From NCBI GenBank assembly GCA_965112735.1, contig OZ218950.1, positions 1,426,001-1,490,000 on the forward strand: a DNA stretch of 64,000 nt, written 5' to 3'. Position 1 is the stretch's first letter; the number at the start of each line of letters is the position of its first letter. Below are positions 37,801 through 49,880 of this stretch, one piece after another. The notes below the pieces were generated by a model. It saw only the letters and a list, made by a program, of their open reading frames with translations, ran no database searches and was not told the DNA's origin. The translations under genes were made by a program, and so were the position numbers. This stretch comes from Phaeosaccion multiseriatum. Lineage: Eukaryota; Protista; Ochrophyta, other classes.

Positions 37801-37875
37801 GTTCTCAATGAAGGCCATTGGCACACGCACCGAGCTGGGTCTGCTCTCCGGCGCCTGTGCGGCCTGAACTCCCAT
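30337..37875 (-). CDS. Multi-exon coiled-coil protein with a C-terminal CxxC (CVACNRP) motif, DUF4795/QRICH2-like
   Basis: ATG at 37875 and about 13 exons (e.g. 37875-37228, 36875-36417, 36198-35980, 35682-35470, 35297-35127, 34788-34676, 34446-34309). These encode heptad-rich E/K/L/A helices, followed by [20 protein letters not shown] and [10 protein letters not shown]. The family label is inferred from the motif only. Confidence 0.65.
32862..32995. repeat. Intronic ~22-bp minisatellite (GTCCTGACACCCAGCCACCCTCT-like)
   Basis: About 5 units read directly. Confidence 0.85.
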
Positions 37876-38052
37876 GATGTATCGTATGTCTCCTTCCCGT
37901 CTTTCCTTCAGCCTCGTTTGCGGAATGGAAGGCGATGAGAACGTAACGTTACCTTTTTGTTTCCTGTATTTTTTACTCCTTCTTTTTTTTTTTTTGCCCC
38001 TCTTTCCAACTTGCTCTTTCCCCCTTCATTCCTCCATTCATTTTCCTCGACG
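37876..38052. promoter_or_regulatory. Putative bidirectional promoter with a poly-T tract
   Basis: Divergent ATGs at 37875(-) and 38053(+); T-rich tract at ~37950-37996. Confidence 0.5.
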
Positions 38053-38289
38053 ATGGAGGGAGGGACGATGTTCTGGGTGTGCGTCGCCACCTTCTTTGCC
38101 ATCCTGTTGGCAGGAAAGTACCTGGGGCGAAGCGTGGAGGAGAGCAGCGCCGCCCAGCCGAGCAAGAGGAAGAAGAAGAAGAGCGGGAGCAAGAAGGGCA
38201 AGAAGAAGGTGGGAGGAGAGGGAGGAGTGGAGGAGGACAAGGTAAATGTCAAGGGCAATGTGAGCAAAGGAGAGGAACGGGCAGCAGCA

Positions 38290-38342
<53 letters not shown>

Positions 38343-38994
38343 GGGACCTTCAGAGCAAACTCCTGCAGAGCCGACCCCGCCTCCCAAGAAGCTCTTCTTT
38401 CTATCACCGGAGGAAGCAGCAGCATTTGGGGGAGTTGACGCAACACCTAACGGAGATACGGCGGGCAAGGAGAAGAAGGCAGCTGCCGAAGCGGCTGTCA
38501 TTGCGCTAAAAGTGAGGGGACAGGGGGACAAACCCGTTCGGGGTCAGGTACCTTATGTTGTTGGCTCCCGAGTGTCAGCTCGATACGAGGGTGGCACGTC
38601 TTGGTTTCCAGGAACGATCACCAAAGTGCACTACAGTGGCCTCGCCAGTGTGGCCTATGACGATGGAGAGAACGAGACGCGGGTGTCGCCGGATTGCATT
38701 CGGCTGCAGGGAGAATCTGAGAGCAGCATGGCAGAGAAAAGCGATGACTTTGACTACGCTGCTTGGGAGGAGAAGGAGGAGGGGGGAGAGGAGGGGGGGG
38801 GGGGGGCGGCGACAGCAGCTGGAGGGGACCGTAGTGGGGAGTGGGAAGTGTCGAAGCAGCGACATAAGAAGACTGCCACAGAACGAGAGGACGGGCGAGC
38901 GGCACGAGCCCAGACTTTGAAGAACAAGCAAAGGAGGGAAGCGAAGCGGGAGAGGGAGCTCGCAGTGAGAGAGGCGCTCAGAAAGGCGCTGTGA
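38053..38994 (+). CDS. Single-exon protein: N-terminal transmembrane anchor, Tudor domain, basic C-terminal helix
   Basis: MEGGTMFWVCVATFFAILLAGKYLG is hydrophobic and followed by a K-rich stretch. Tudor signature: YVVGSRVSARYEGGTSWFPGTITKVHYSGLASVAYDDGENETRVSPDCIRL. Confidence 0.8.
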
Positions 38995-39600
38995 CGCCTG
39001 GTGATCGCTCCACACAGGAGATAGGAGGATCGGCTGCCTGAAGCACGACCAAAGGCCCGCAGCACTACAGGTCCGGCAAGGCCAAGGTCAGGCCCCTGAA
39101 ACAGACGAGACTACCAACGGGCCCTTGGGCTGGATAGGAAGAACAGTCTGCTAGTAAAATGGGTCATGAAGGCCACCGCGCTGGCCGTATCGACTTTACT
39201 TCGGCTCCTCGTGGATACTCGTGAGGTCCTGCGGCCTCCTACCGCTGCGACACATGCACTGGGCAGAGTGAGAGACAGCGAAAGAGCGAGAGCGAGAGAG
39301 ACAGAGATTGAGGGCTTCTTTTCGGAGATGACTGCTGGAGCGGAGGGCCTTGCGATGCTGAGAAGGAGAGGAGGCAGGCGTCGATCATGCAGGGATCTTC
39401 GACCTGCTGCTGCGAGAAGGATCCGAGGAGCTCTCGCTAGAAGGATCCAAGAGCTAAGAGCGAAAGACAGGAGGGTTGGTGGCCTCTGGAGCCGGTCTCT
39501 GCCAGGCAAGGAAGGCGAAAGAAGATGAGATGGGTCGTGGATGGCAGCAGAAGACATGCGAAAAGGTGGTCTTGTATGGCCCGCTCCGCCACAACGTGTG

Positions 39601-39632
<32 letters not shown>

Positions 39633-40215
39633 GGCTGGTCTGCCAGGCTGCACTTCGCTCGTCACCATGTCTCGGCCGTGCCCGCCGACCTACGACTGAC
39701 CTACGATACACTGCACGGCGGCAGCGGGTGGGTCACCCGAGGGCGGCCGCTTCGAATGTTGGGACAGCCAGGAGTGGCCACTTCAATGGAACGAAGTACT
39801 GACCTGGCAGTTGGCTCATGGTCCAGCTTTTCTTCCTTGCGTCCAGCCTATAATCAACACCACGCTGCCGTCTTCCTTGCATCGCTCGCGATGAAGGATC
39901 GAGAGAGAGAGGGAAATAGGAATCGCCTGAGAAACTGAAAGTGTGATTGTGTGCGTGTATGTGTGTGCGTGTGCATGTGTCTCTGTGTCTCCGGGGCCCT
40001 CGAGGGGCCGGTGACACCCCCTCTTGGTCGGGAAGGGGAGGACCAGCACCGCGGTTGAGCTGAGAGAGAGGAGAAAGAGAGTGCGTCGCTCGACGAAAAG
40101 GAGGACTTTATTGACTTAATAGGAGAGGCAATTAGAATCAAATGGCGACTACGTATGATGAGTGTGGAAGGAACAAGAGGGGGCGATCGGCGATTGTATA
40201 CATCGCGACGATATT

Positions 40216-43200
40216 ATGTGGAGAGCCGTAGTCCCTCTACGGGGATTGAGGAGATCAGCAGCAGCTTTTGCTGCTGCACCCTCAGCAGCAGCTCCTCCTC
40301 CCCTTCTTCCACCATGTCTGTCGCCCCCTCCAACAGTTGCTGTAGCCGGCCTTGCTGTCGCACGAATACGCTCCCAATCCCACCTATGTGGCTCTCACAG
40401 CAGTGGCTCCGGCAGTGGCAGACGTAGTGGAGGCACTGAGGATGGAACTCGCGGCTATAAAAGGAGGACGAGGAGGAGGAGGAGGAGGATGATGAGCACA
40501 TGCACGCTCTCTGCCGAGGGGACCGTCGTCAAAGAGGAGACTCTACTCGCTGCTCTGCCGCCACCTTGGAGTGAGGACATGCGCCCCCAGCTCAAGCAGC
40601 AGGTGCGTTCCGTCCATGCACCCCCCTTGCTTTTTAAAATGTCATCTGTTGGGGCACATAATTGAAGGAGGGGATGTGAATGCAGCTTTATTATCAGAAC
40701 ACGGCTTTCTCTTGATCAGCCCATGTCCGTCCCCCCCCCCTGTCTGTTCGTCCGTCCGTCCGTTCGTCTGTCTCTCTTTGGAGCAGGTGCTGCAGGAAAG
40801 CCGCAAGGTGGTGGTCGTGCTGGATGATGATCCCACAGGCACCCAAACCGTACACGACGTGCATCTCCTCACTACCTGGGAAGTGCCAGACCTCGTGAAG
40901 GAGCTGCAGTCTTTAAAGCCTCTCGTGGGGGAGGGGACAGTAGGACCACCAGCACCCCCACCCGCAGCAGCAGCAGCAGTGGGCGAGGGAAGAGGGGCAG
41001 GGGCAGGCACCCCGCTGGAGCCGTGCGCGTCTCTCTATCCCGTGCTGTACTTGCTCACCAACTCACGCAGCCTCTCTCCTGAAGCTCTGACGGATCAATA
41101 CAGAGAGATCGGTGCCAATTTGGCCGCAGCGGCAGCAGCGGCGGGTGTGGAGGTCGCAGTCGTCAGTCGCTCCGACTCCACCCTCCGTGGGCACTTTCCT
41201 GGGGATCTGCGGGCCATCGAAGCTGGCATGGGTACGAGCTACGATGGGTGGGTCGTCATGCCCTTCTTCGAGGCGGGTGGGAGGTGAGAGGGGCTTGCCT
41301 GCCTGCTTGCTTGCCTGCTTGCCTGCTGGCCTGCTGGCCTCCTTGCCTGCTTGCCTGCTTGCCTCACTCCCTCAATGCCTCCCACGACTCCTCCCACCTC
41401 CATTTACGTGTACCTCTTCTCTCGTGACTCGCGTAAAAAGACTAACCGTGGATCATATCCACTACGTGCGAGAAGGCTCGGATCTGACTCCCGCTGCAAT
41501 GACGCCCTTTGCCCAAGACAAGGCATTCGGCTTCAAGCGGTCCGACCTGAGGGACTGGGTGGAGGAAAAGACAATGGGCGGGGTGAAGCGGAATGACGTT
41601 ATTGGCGTTAGTATAGAGGTGAGTGAGGGAGGGAGGGGGTGGGGGGGTTGGCTCTCGATGTGAGGGGAGGCGTGAGCATGGAGAAGGAGGGACGTGGTTT
41701 CTTCTTGTTGCTGCTCTCCTTCTTCTTATTCTTATTCTTCTTGTTGCTGCTCTTCTTCTTCTTATTCTCATTCTTCTTGTTGTTGCTCTTCTTGTTCTTC
41801 TCGTTATTCTCTCTCCCGCAACACCCCACACCCTCCTGCGTGTGCCCTGTCTGTCTATCTATCTATCAATCTTTGCGTCCCCACCTGTTCCCTATATCAC
41901 CCCATGGCCTATGTACATACATGGCACCCTATGATCCGAACCGCCCCATCACCCCCAACCCCACCCCTGTATCACCAACACCCCCAGGACATTCGACTGG
42001 GGGGTCCTGACGCTGTGTACCGGAAGGTCAAAGGAGCCCGAGGGGGCAAGATTATTGTCTGCGATGCCGTGGAACAAAGGGACCTCGACGTCGTTATGAG
42101 CGGCCTTCTCCGGGCCAGCACGAGCAAGGGAGGGGAGAGGGGGGGGGGCGGAGGAAGGACCTTTCTGTATCGGACCGCAGGTGAGTGGGTGGGTGGATGG
42201 GTGAATGGGTGGGTGGGTGGATGGGTGGGTGGGTGGGTGGGTGGGTGGATGGGTGGGTTGATGGGTGGATGGGTGGGTGGGTGGGTGGGTGGATGGGTGG
42301 GTGGATGGATGGGTGGTGGGTGCAGAGATACGTCTTCTGTAATCCTCCTGTGGCTTACCCCTGCTTCCCCTGGCTTTCCCATCCACTGCCATCTTAATCC
42401 CCCTTCACCTCAGCTTCGTTCGTGGCAACGCGAGGCGCCGTGGAGAGCCGACCCCTTCTGGAGGCCGAAGACTTCTTCAGAGGTTCCACATCCATATTCA
42501 CAGATGGCAATAGGCATATGGGCAGCAGCAGCAGCATAGCATCCGACGGCACTTCTCCACGGGGGCTGGCAGTGACCCCAGGGGGACTGGTTGTGTGTGG
42601 CAGTTACGTGCCTAAGACGTCAGAGCAGCTCGGCTTCGCGCTCTCCACCATCGATGCCAAGGCCATGGAGCTAAATGTCGACGCCTTGCTTGCAGATCTT
42701 GATGATGGTGGTGGTGGGATGGCAGCCAATGGTGGTGGAGGACAGTATGTCAGCGAGCTAGCTTCTGGCGTGGAAGAGGCGTTACGGAATGGCCGCGATG
42801 TGCTGCTCTACACAAGTCGCACGATCCGACAAGAGGTACGTCGCCGCCAACTGTGAAGGGAGGGGATACATGAGGCGATAAAGAGTGGACAAACGGGGGG
42901 ATATGCGGATACTCCCTCCTTCCCTCTCCCTCCCTCCCTCCTTCTTTCCTCCCTCCCTCCCTCTTCCCCTCCCTTCATCCCCTCATTTTCCTCCCCTCTT
43001 TCCCTCCCTCCTTCCCTCTTCCCCTCCCTCCCTCCTGCACCCCCTCTCCCTCCCTCCCTCCCTCCCTCTACCTGCGTCACCATGGCCTTCTCAGGACGGG
43101 CAGGGTGGCCTTGCTATCGGGGCAAGCGTGAGCGACGCTCTTGTGCAGGTAGTGCGGAGGCTGGAGGTGAGTGAGGAGAAGGAGGAAGAGAGGGGGAAAG

Positions 43201-45884
43201 GGCGGCGGCGAGGGGGGGGGAGGGGAGTAGAGTTGAGGCGGAAGTGGAGGAGGAAGACAGTGCCTAAGGGGAGGGAAAGACCTACCTTCGTCGGCTTGTT
43301 TTGCTTTAAGCCTGAACGACTCTCTCTCTCTTGCTCTCTCTCTCTCTGCTCTCGCCCTTGTTGTTGTCCGACTCGACTTGGCCGAACAAACACACGAACA
43401 CACACACACACGCACGCACACGCACACACACACTCACACACACATACACACACTCACACTCACTCACACACGCACACACACTCGCACGCATACACACACA
43501 CTCACACACATACATACACACACACACACACAGACGAGGCCTCGCTTCCTCATCGCCAAGGGAGGCATCACAAGTCACGACGTGGCCACCAAGGGGCTCG
43601 GCGTTCGTCGCGCTAAGGTGATCCGTGAGGTGTTTGTTGTTGTTGCTGCTTGTTGGTTGACAGGGTTGTCGTTTCGCTGTTCTTGCTCTTTCCTCTCGCC
43701 TCTCCCGTACACCGTGTGTTGTCGTGTGTGCGCTGCTCATATCAAACAAGCAAACAAACCTGCAAACAAACAAGCAAAACAGAGAAACGAACAAACAAAC
43801 AAACAAACAAACAAACAAAACAAATCAAACCAAACACCAACCCTCTATTGCAGGTCCTCGGGCAGATACTGCCTGGGGTTCCTGTGTGGGAGTGCGGGTC
43901 AGAGACCAAATGGCCCAACATGAGCTACGCTGTCTTCCCGGGCAATGTTGGAGATAAGGTAGTGCATTGGGTAGGAAGAGTTAAGAGCTGTGTGGTTCCT
44001 AAGCAACGGAAAGAACGGTGCTAGATATCAAGCTCTGTGGTTGGTAGGCAACGGAGAGAAGAGTGATGGGAAAGTAAGCAAAGTCAGCAGAGGAGAGTGA
44101 GTGATGGTTGGTAGTAAAGTAAACAGACAATAGTAGAGGGCTTAGAAGCAAAGGAGGAGAAGAGACGAGAAAAGTATTCTGACATCCCGTTACACAACCG
44201 TTGAACATCCGCCCCCCCTTCTGGTATGACAAACAGACCTCAGTGGCAGAAGCCATGCTGAAGTTAGGTGCCAAGAACAAGAACCAACAAGGGGGAGCAG
44301 GATCAGCAGCAGCAGCAGGAGGAGGAGGAGAAGGAGGAGGAGGAGGAGGAGGAGGAGGAGGAGGAGGAGGAGGAGGAGGAGCAGGAGCAGGAGGAGGAGG
44401 AGTAGGAGGGTTTCCGATTGGTGGTGGGGGTGGGCCTACCTTTGGAGTACAAGTGGAACCTACCCCTGGCGTTACCCTGCGCATGTTGCTACACGCAAGG
44501 GAGAAGAAGGTGGCAGTGGGAGCCTTCAACGTGTACAACCTCGAGGTGAGTAAGTCAGTGAAGGGTAGTGAGTGAGGGTTAGGTGCGGAGTTTGGGAGCT
44601 GAATGGGGTGGGTAAATGAGGATTCCGTACTAAGTTCGAAGGTAGACAGATGATTTGAGTTTCAGTGCAGAGGCTGCCATAGACTGGCAGTCTGTGCCAT
44701 GCTTCTTCTCACCCTGTGCCTCTTCCCCTCCCCCTGCCCCCCCCCGTCCACTGCCATCCCTAAGGGTGCCAAGGCTGTGGCCGCTGCCTCTGCAGCTACA
44801 GGATGTCCTGCTATCCTTCAGGTAAGGAAGACGCAATTGGAGTTCCAGTTTCAGTGTCAACTCGTGAGACTGACTGCTGAATGCTGACTACCTGGCTGCC
44901 ACACACGCCGCTGTTACGTACCCTCCCTCCATACGTCCCTCCCTCTCCCCCCTTCCCTCTCTATCTCCTTCCACCTCTTCCTCCCTCCCTCACTCCCTTC
45001 CGCCCAGGTCCATCCTGCTTCGCTTCACTTCCACGGGCTCTCCCTGTTGGCCGCTCTACAGGTGAGGACACACAGAGCCTCACAGAGACTAGAGGCTGCT
45101 CTCACAGTACCAAGCAGCAAGCCACACGCACACACGCACACACGCACACACAGACCGAAAGGCAGACAGCCACAGACACACACACATAGACACACCCATA
45201 CACTTCACCTAACGACCAACCTCCCACTCAAAAAATACACCCACCCACACCCCAACCCCCCACACCCATTGACTTACTACCCACTCACTCATTGACTTAC
45301 TTCCCATGCAGGAGCTATCCCGCTCCGCCCTACTTCGGCAGCGGCCCCCCCTCGCTGTCCACTTGGACCACTGTACCTCCCGAGAGGACGTTGAAACCGT
45401 CCTAGCAGCTGGGGGTGGGGATGGCAGTGGAGGGCAAGGGCAGGGGCAGGGGCTCGTGCACAGCATCATGGTGGATGGCAGTGCATGGCCGTACGAGGAG
45501 AACGTGGCGTGGACGGCGGAGCTCGCGGAGGTACGGTATGGGTCTTATCTCTCTGTGGGTACAGTGCGCGGCTGCAAACTACAGGCAACACCCGTTTTCA
45601 TCTCTGTCTCTCGCTCTCTCTCTCTCTCCACCTCCCGAGAGAGGGACGAAAGGCGGCCTCTCTTGAGCTCTTGCTCTTGCTGCTCTGTTTCTAAGGCGAG
45701 ACATTGGTTGTGTGTTGTGCCCTCTCCTCTCACATGGCTCTCCCTTGCTTCTTCCCTCTGTTGGCCTCTCTCTCCCCGTTGGGTCCCCGGTGGCCACGTG
45801 CGGCGCGCGCGTGTGCGTGTGCGTTGTGTATGTGTCTGTGTGTGCGTGTGTGTATGCCTTGTCTGTGTGTGTATGTGCATGTGT

Positions 45885-45924
<40 letters not shown>

Positions 45925-46896
45925 TCTCTCTCGTGCTCACAGTTGGCACACGCCCAGGGGGTGTCTGTCGAGGCAGAGTTGGGTCGGTTGGCAGGGGAGG
46001 AGGACGGCATGTCAGTGGCAGAGGTTGACGCCAAGATGACAGACCCTCAGCAGGTACGACGATCGAGGCCCGGTGGGGCCCACTGCCATCCACTGCCATC
46101 TCCCCCTTCCCCCACCCTTACTCCAGAGACCACTTGACCACTGGAGTATCGCCATCCACTGCCATCCACTGCTATCCACACTGCCATCCACTGCCATCCC
46201 TGCAGGTGGCGGACTTCGTTGGGCGCACAGGAGTGGACATCTTAGCGTGTACCATTGGTGAGGGGCACACCTACCCGCACACACAGCTCCACACATACAT
46301 TAGCATTCTTCTATTCTTATTCTTGTTTGTGGGTCCATTCTATTCTTAGTCTTGTATTGGACGTTTTCCTTCTCTCTCTCTTCACGTACATGTGTACACA
46401 GGAAACGTGCACGGCAAGTATGCCCGCCCCCCCCGGATGGACTTACAGCGGCTGGAGCAGATTCGGTGAGCGTGAGGGGACTACTCTGTGGCAGATTTAG
46501 TGCATTGTTGGCCCACCACAACGGTCGATATTCGATCTTGGGGGTCGATTATTAGTTGAGGTCTTACGAACTGCATGGCACTAAGCCCCAACCCCTCCTC
46601 CTCCTCCTCCTCCCAGCGCCAACTGTGACATCCCGTTGGTTCTCCACGGAGCCTCGGGACTGCCTGCAGATCAAGTGCAGGCGTGTATCGCACGGGGCAT
46701 TTGCAAGCTCAACGTCAACACGGAGCTACGCAGCGCATACATGCAGAGCCTGCGTGAGCTCCTCCATCCACTGCCATCCTCCTCCTCCTCAGTAGTCGAT
46801 GTGGTGGACACGATGCAAGCGACGACCAAGGCCATGCAACGCGTTGTAGAGCGGAAGATGGTGCTCTTCGACCCTTCTTCGGACGGACCATTCTGA
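40216..46896 (+). CDS. Four-carbon acid sugar kinase (DUF1537) fused to a class II ketose-bisphosphate aldolase; probable mitochondrial-type presequence
   Basis: About 16 exons (40216-40602, 40787-41283, 41441-41618, 41988-42180, 42414-42835, 43095-43166, 43534-43617, 43854-43958, 44237-44545, 44765-44821, 45008-45061, 45312-45530, 45943-46053, 46206-46257, ~46402-46465, 46617-46896). Kinase motifs: [56 protein letters not shown]. Aldolase motifs: [49 protein letters not shown]. Confidence 0.92.
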
Positions 46897-47425
46897 GGAC
46901 CATTCCTCGTCTGACCGTTCCTCCTCGGACCGTTCCTCTTCGCCCGTTAATTAGAAGACGAATTCTTCTCCTTGACAAGCAAGTGTGTGGTGCACCGTTC
47001 CGTCCGTCCGTCCGTCCGCCTGCGGCAAGCAGAAGACCCATCCGAGACCAATTTGCGAAATCGATCGCGAGAAGAAGGGAGGGGAGGGGAGAACCGCTTC
47101 GCCGCACCGCGCTGCATGGCTGGTCGGTCGGTCGGCTGAAGGCCAACCCTTCATCAATGTGGCGTTTGTTTGTTCGTCGCTGTGGGGCTTCTTTGGTCGA
47201 GGGCCTCCATCCCCACCACCACCACCACCATTGGTTACCATCCCAACACAACCGCCCCTGCCTATCACCACCACCAGCAGCATTCGCAGTACCAGTACCA
47301 GCACCAGCAGCACCAGCTCCACCACCACCACCATCAGCAGCAGAAGCAGCAGTAGCTCCACCACCACCACCACCATCCCCACCACCTCCTCCTCCTCGTC
47401 GTCGTTGTCGTCGTTGTCGTCGTCC

Positions 47426-48247
47426 CTACTCCGCCGACGACGAGGGCGAGGAAGGCGAGAAGGGTCGGGCCTGTGTGGTCGCTCTGGACACTCTGGGGAG
47501 GTGTACGAAGGCCCCCTGTGCCACATGGTCCGAGGGCCACGCGGTGTTGGGGATGGGTGGGAAGGACAAGGAAGAGGAGGAGGAAGTGCCTGCGGGAGGG
47601 GCGAGGAGCTCCTTTACCTCCACGTCTTTGGTTGGGTAGGTGGGTGGGTGGGTGTTGGTTGGTTGGATGGGTGGGTGGTCAGTTGGTTGGTTGGTTGGTT
47701 GGTTGGTTCATAGGGTGGTTGGTTTCCGAGCCCGGGAAGATCGTAACCATGAAGGCAACGAGCGCATAGGTTAAGAAAGGGAGGAAGCAGTCGGCGGTAA
47801 GGTACGACCAAGATAACTTAAATGTGATAATACACCATTGCGATTGGCACGTTCGCGTTGTTGCGTTACGTACACTCACTCACCTCTGCTAACGAGTATA
47901 TAGTCCAATCTGCCTTCGAAGTCGTCCGTCTTGGTGGTGAAGCTGAGGAAATTGGGGCAAGGGATTCACAGGGGATTGATAGAAGGGGTTAATCAGAGAC
48001 ACAATGGGACTACTAAGTCGATGAGTGACTCACTGGGGTTGATATAGTCGGTTGATAGTGACTCACTGGGTCTGGAAGTAGGCGTTACATACATACATAG
48101 TGGAAGGTGACCTACCTGGGGCAGTGGTCGCTCTCCAAGTAGGCATCTTGCAGCCGGAGGGGGTGCGAGAGGTCACCCACACACTCGTCGGGATTTCTTA
48201 CCGCCTCCACCACAGTGGGAGGAAGAACAAGAGTTGCTGTTGTTGTA

Positions 48248-48278
<31 letters not shown>

Positions 48279-49782
48279 TTGTCTTCTCCCCTTCTCCCCC
48301 AGCTACTACTCCTGTGACACCAACCGCTGCTGCTGCTGCTGCTCCCTCTTCCCCCTCTCTCCCCTCTGTGCCCTTCCCAGCAATCCTCCCTGCTGCTGCT
48401 GCTCCTTCTGCTGCTGCTGCATCACCAACTGCTACCTCCTTTCTTGCTTGTCCCTCAGTCAGCCCCGTCCTCACGTCTCTCCAGCAGTCTGGATGCTCGG
48501 GATGTGTTGAGGAGAGTACTCCTTGACTTATGAGTTCGTACGAGCCGCTGAGCAGCTCCACGCTCTCCGGCGGCGGTGAAGCCCCCCCGGGGGGATGGGT
48601 ACCCACCTGGGGTTCTCTCTCTCTCCAGCCGGCACGAAGATACTCTTTCGAGTGAATGAATAAAATGAAGCGAAATGTGAGGGGTGGGTTGGTTGGATGG
48701 TTGGTTGGTTGGTTGGTTGGTTGGTGTGCAGTCGCTCGTTTCCGGTCTCCGTACCTTCCATACGTTGAGGAAACGCCATGTTCTCTCACAGACATTCCTT
48801 GACAGAACGTTCTGACCACCACCACCACCCCGACATGGTTTAGCTTTAGTTTCAGTTGAGTAGACCCACGCACCTGTCTGCAACGATCTTTGTACGTTGA
48901 AGTCCCCACATACAACAAGCCGCTCCCCTCCGCTCTCCTCCACGCTACGGCGACTGTTGCCACCACTACTACCTCCTCCTACTCGTACTCCTACTCCTCC
49001 CCATCCTCTACCATCTCTGGGCTTGTTGTGTGCATCTAGGAAGTCCGTCACGAGCCTGGCAGGTGGTGGCGGTGGTGGTGGTGGTGGTGGTGGTGGAGGA
49101 GGAGGAGGAGGAGGAGGAGGAGGAGGAGGAGGAGGAGGAGGAGGAGGAGGAGGAGGAGGAGGAGGAGGAGGAGGAGGAGGAGGAGGAGGAGGAGGAGGAG
49201 GAGGAGGAGGAGGAGGAGGAGGAGGAGGAGGAGGAGGAGGAGGAGGAGGAGGAGGAGGAGGAGGAGGAGGAGGAGGAGGAGGAGGAGGAGGAGGAGGAGG
49301 AGGAGGAGGAGGAGGAGGAGGAGGAGGAGGAGGAGGAGGAGGAGGAGGAGGAGGAGGAGGAGGAAGAGGAAGAGGAGGAGCAGGAAGAGGAAGAGGAAGA
49401 GGAGGAGGACGAGGAGCAGGAAGAGGAGGAGGAGGAGGAGGAGAAGGAGGAGGATGGAGGATGGAGCAATGGGAGTTAATGGGGGTACCACACACACACA
49501 CACACACAAACACACGCATGGACCTGCTTGCTTGCTTCTTGCTTGCTCCTAGCAGGGGGCTTGAGCGTTGTCTGCCCACTCTACACCCTCGGCAGCATAC
49601 CTTACGAGTTGATAGGTTTGGCTGACCTTGACCTGTGGATCCTGAGGGTTGGAGGCAAGGTGTGCGTTCACCACCACGAAGGACCCATCATCATCATCAT
49701 CATCATCCTCATCCCCCTCATCATTATTCTCATCAGATGCTGCCCCTGCAGCGCCTGCTTGCTCTACAGCTGCTTCTCCTCG

Positions 49783-49880
<98 letters not shown>

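Noticed and set aside
39111-39668. Protein-coding gene from ORFs 39111-39668(-) or 39166-39528(+)
   Set aside because: No recognisable domain or coherent exon chain; kept only as a possible transcript.
45472-45489. Decamer insertion in the aldolase active-site region
   Set aside because: The match coincides with the conserved M-V-D-G-S residues, so it reflects codon choice rather than an insertion.
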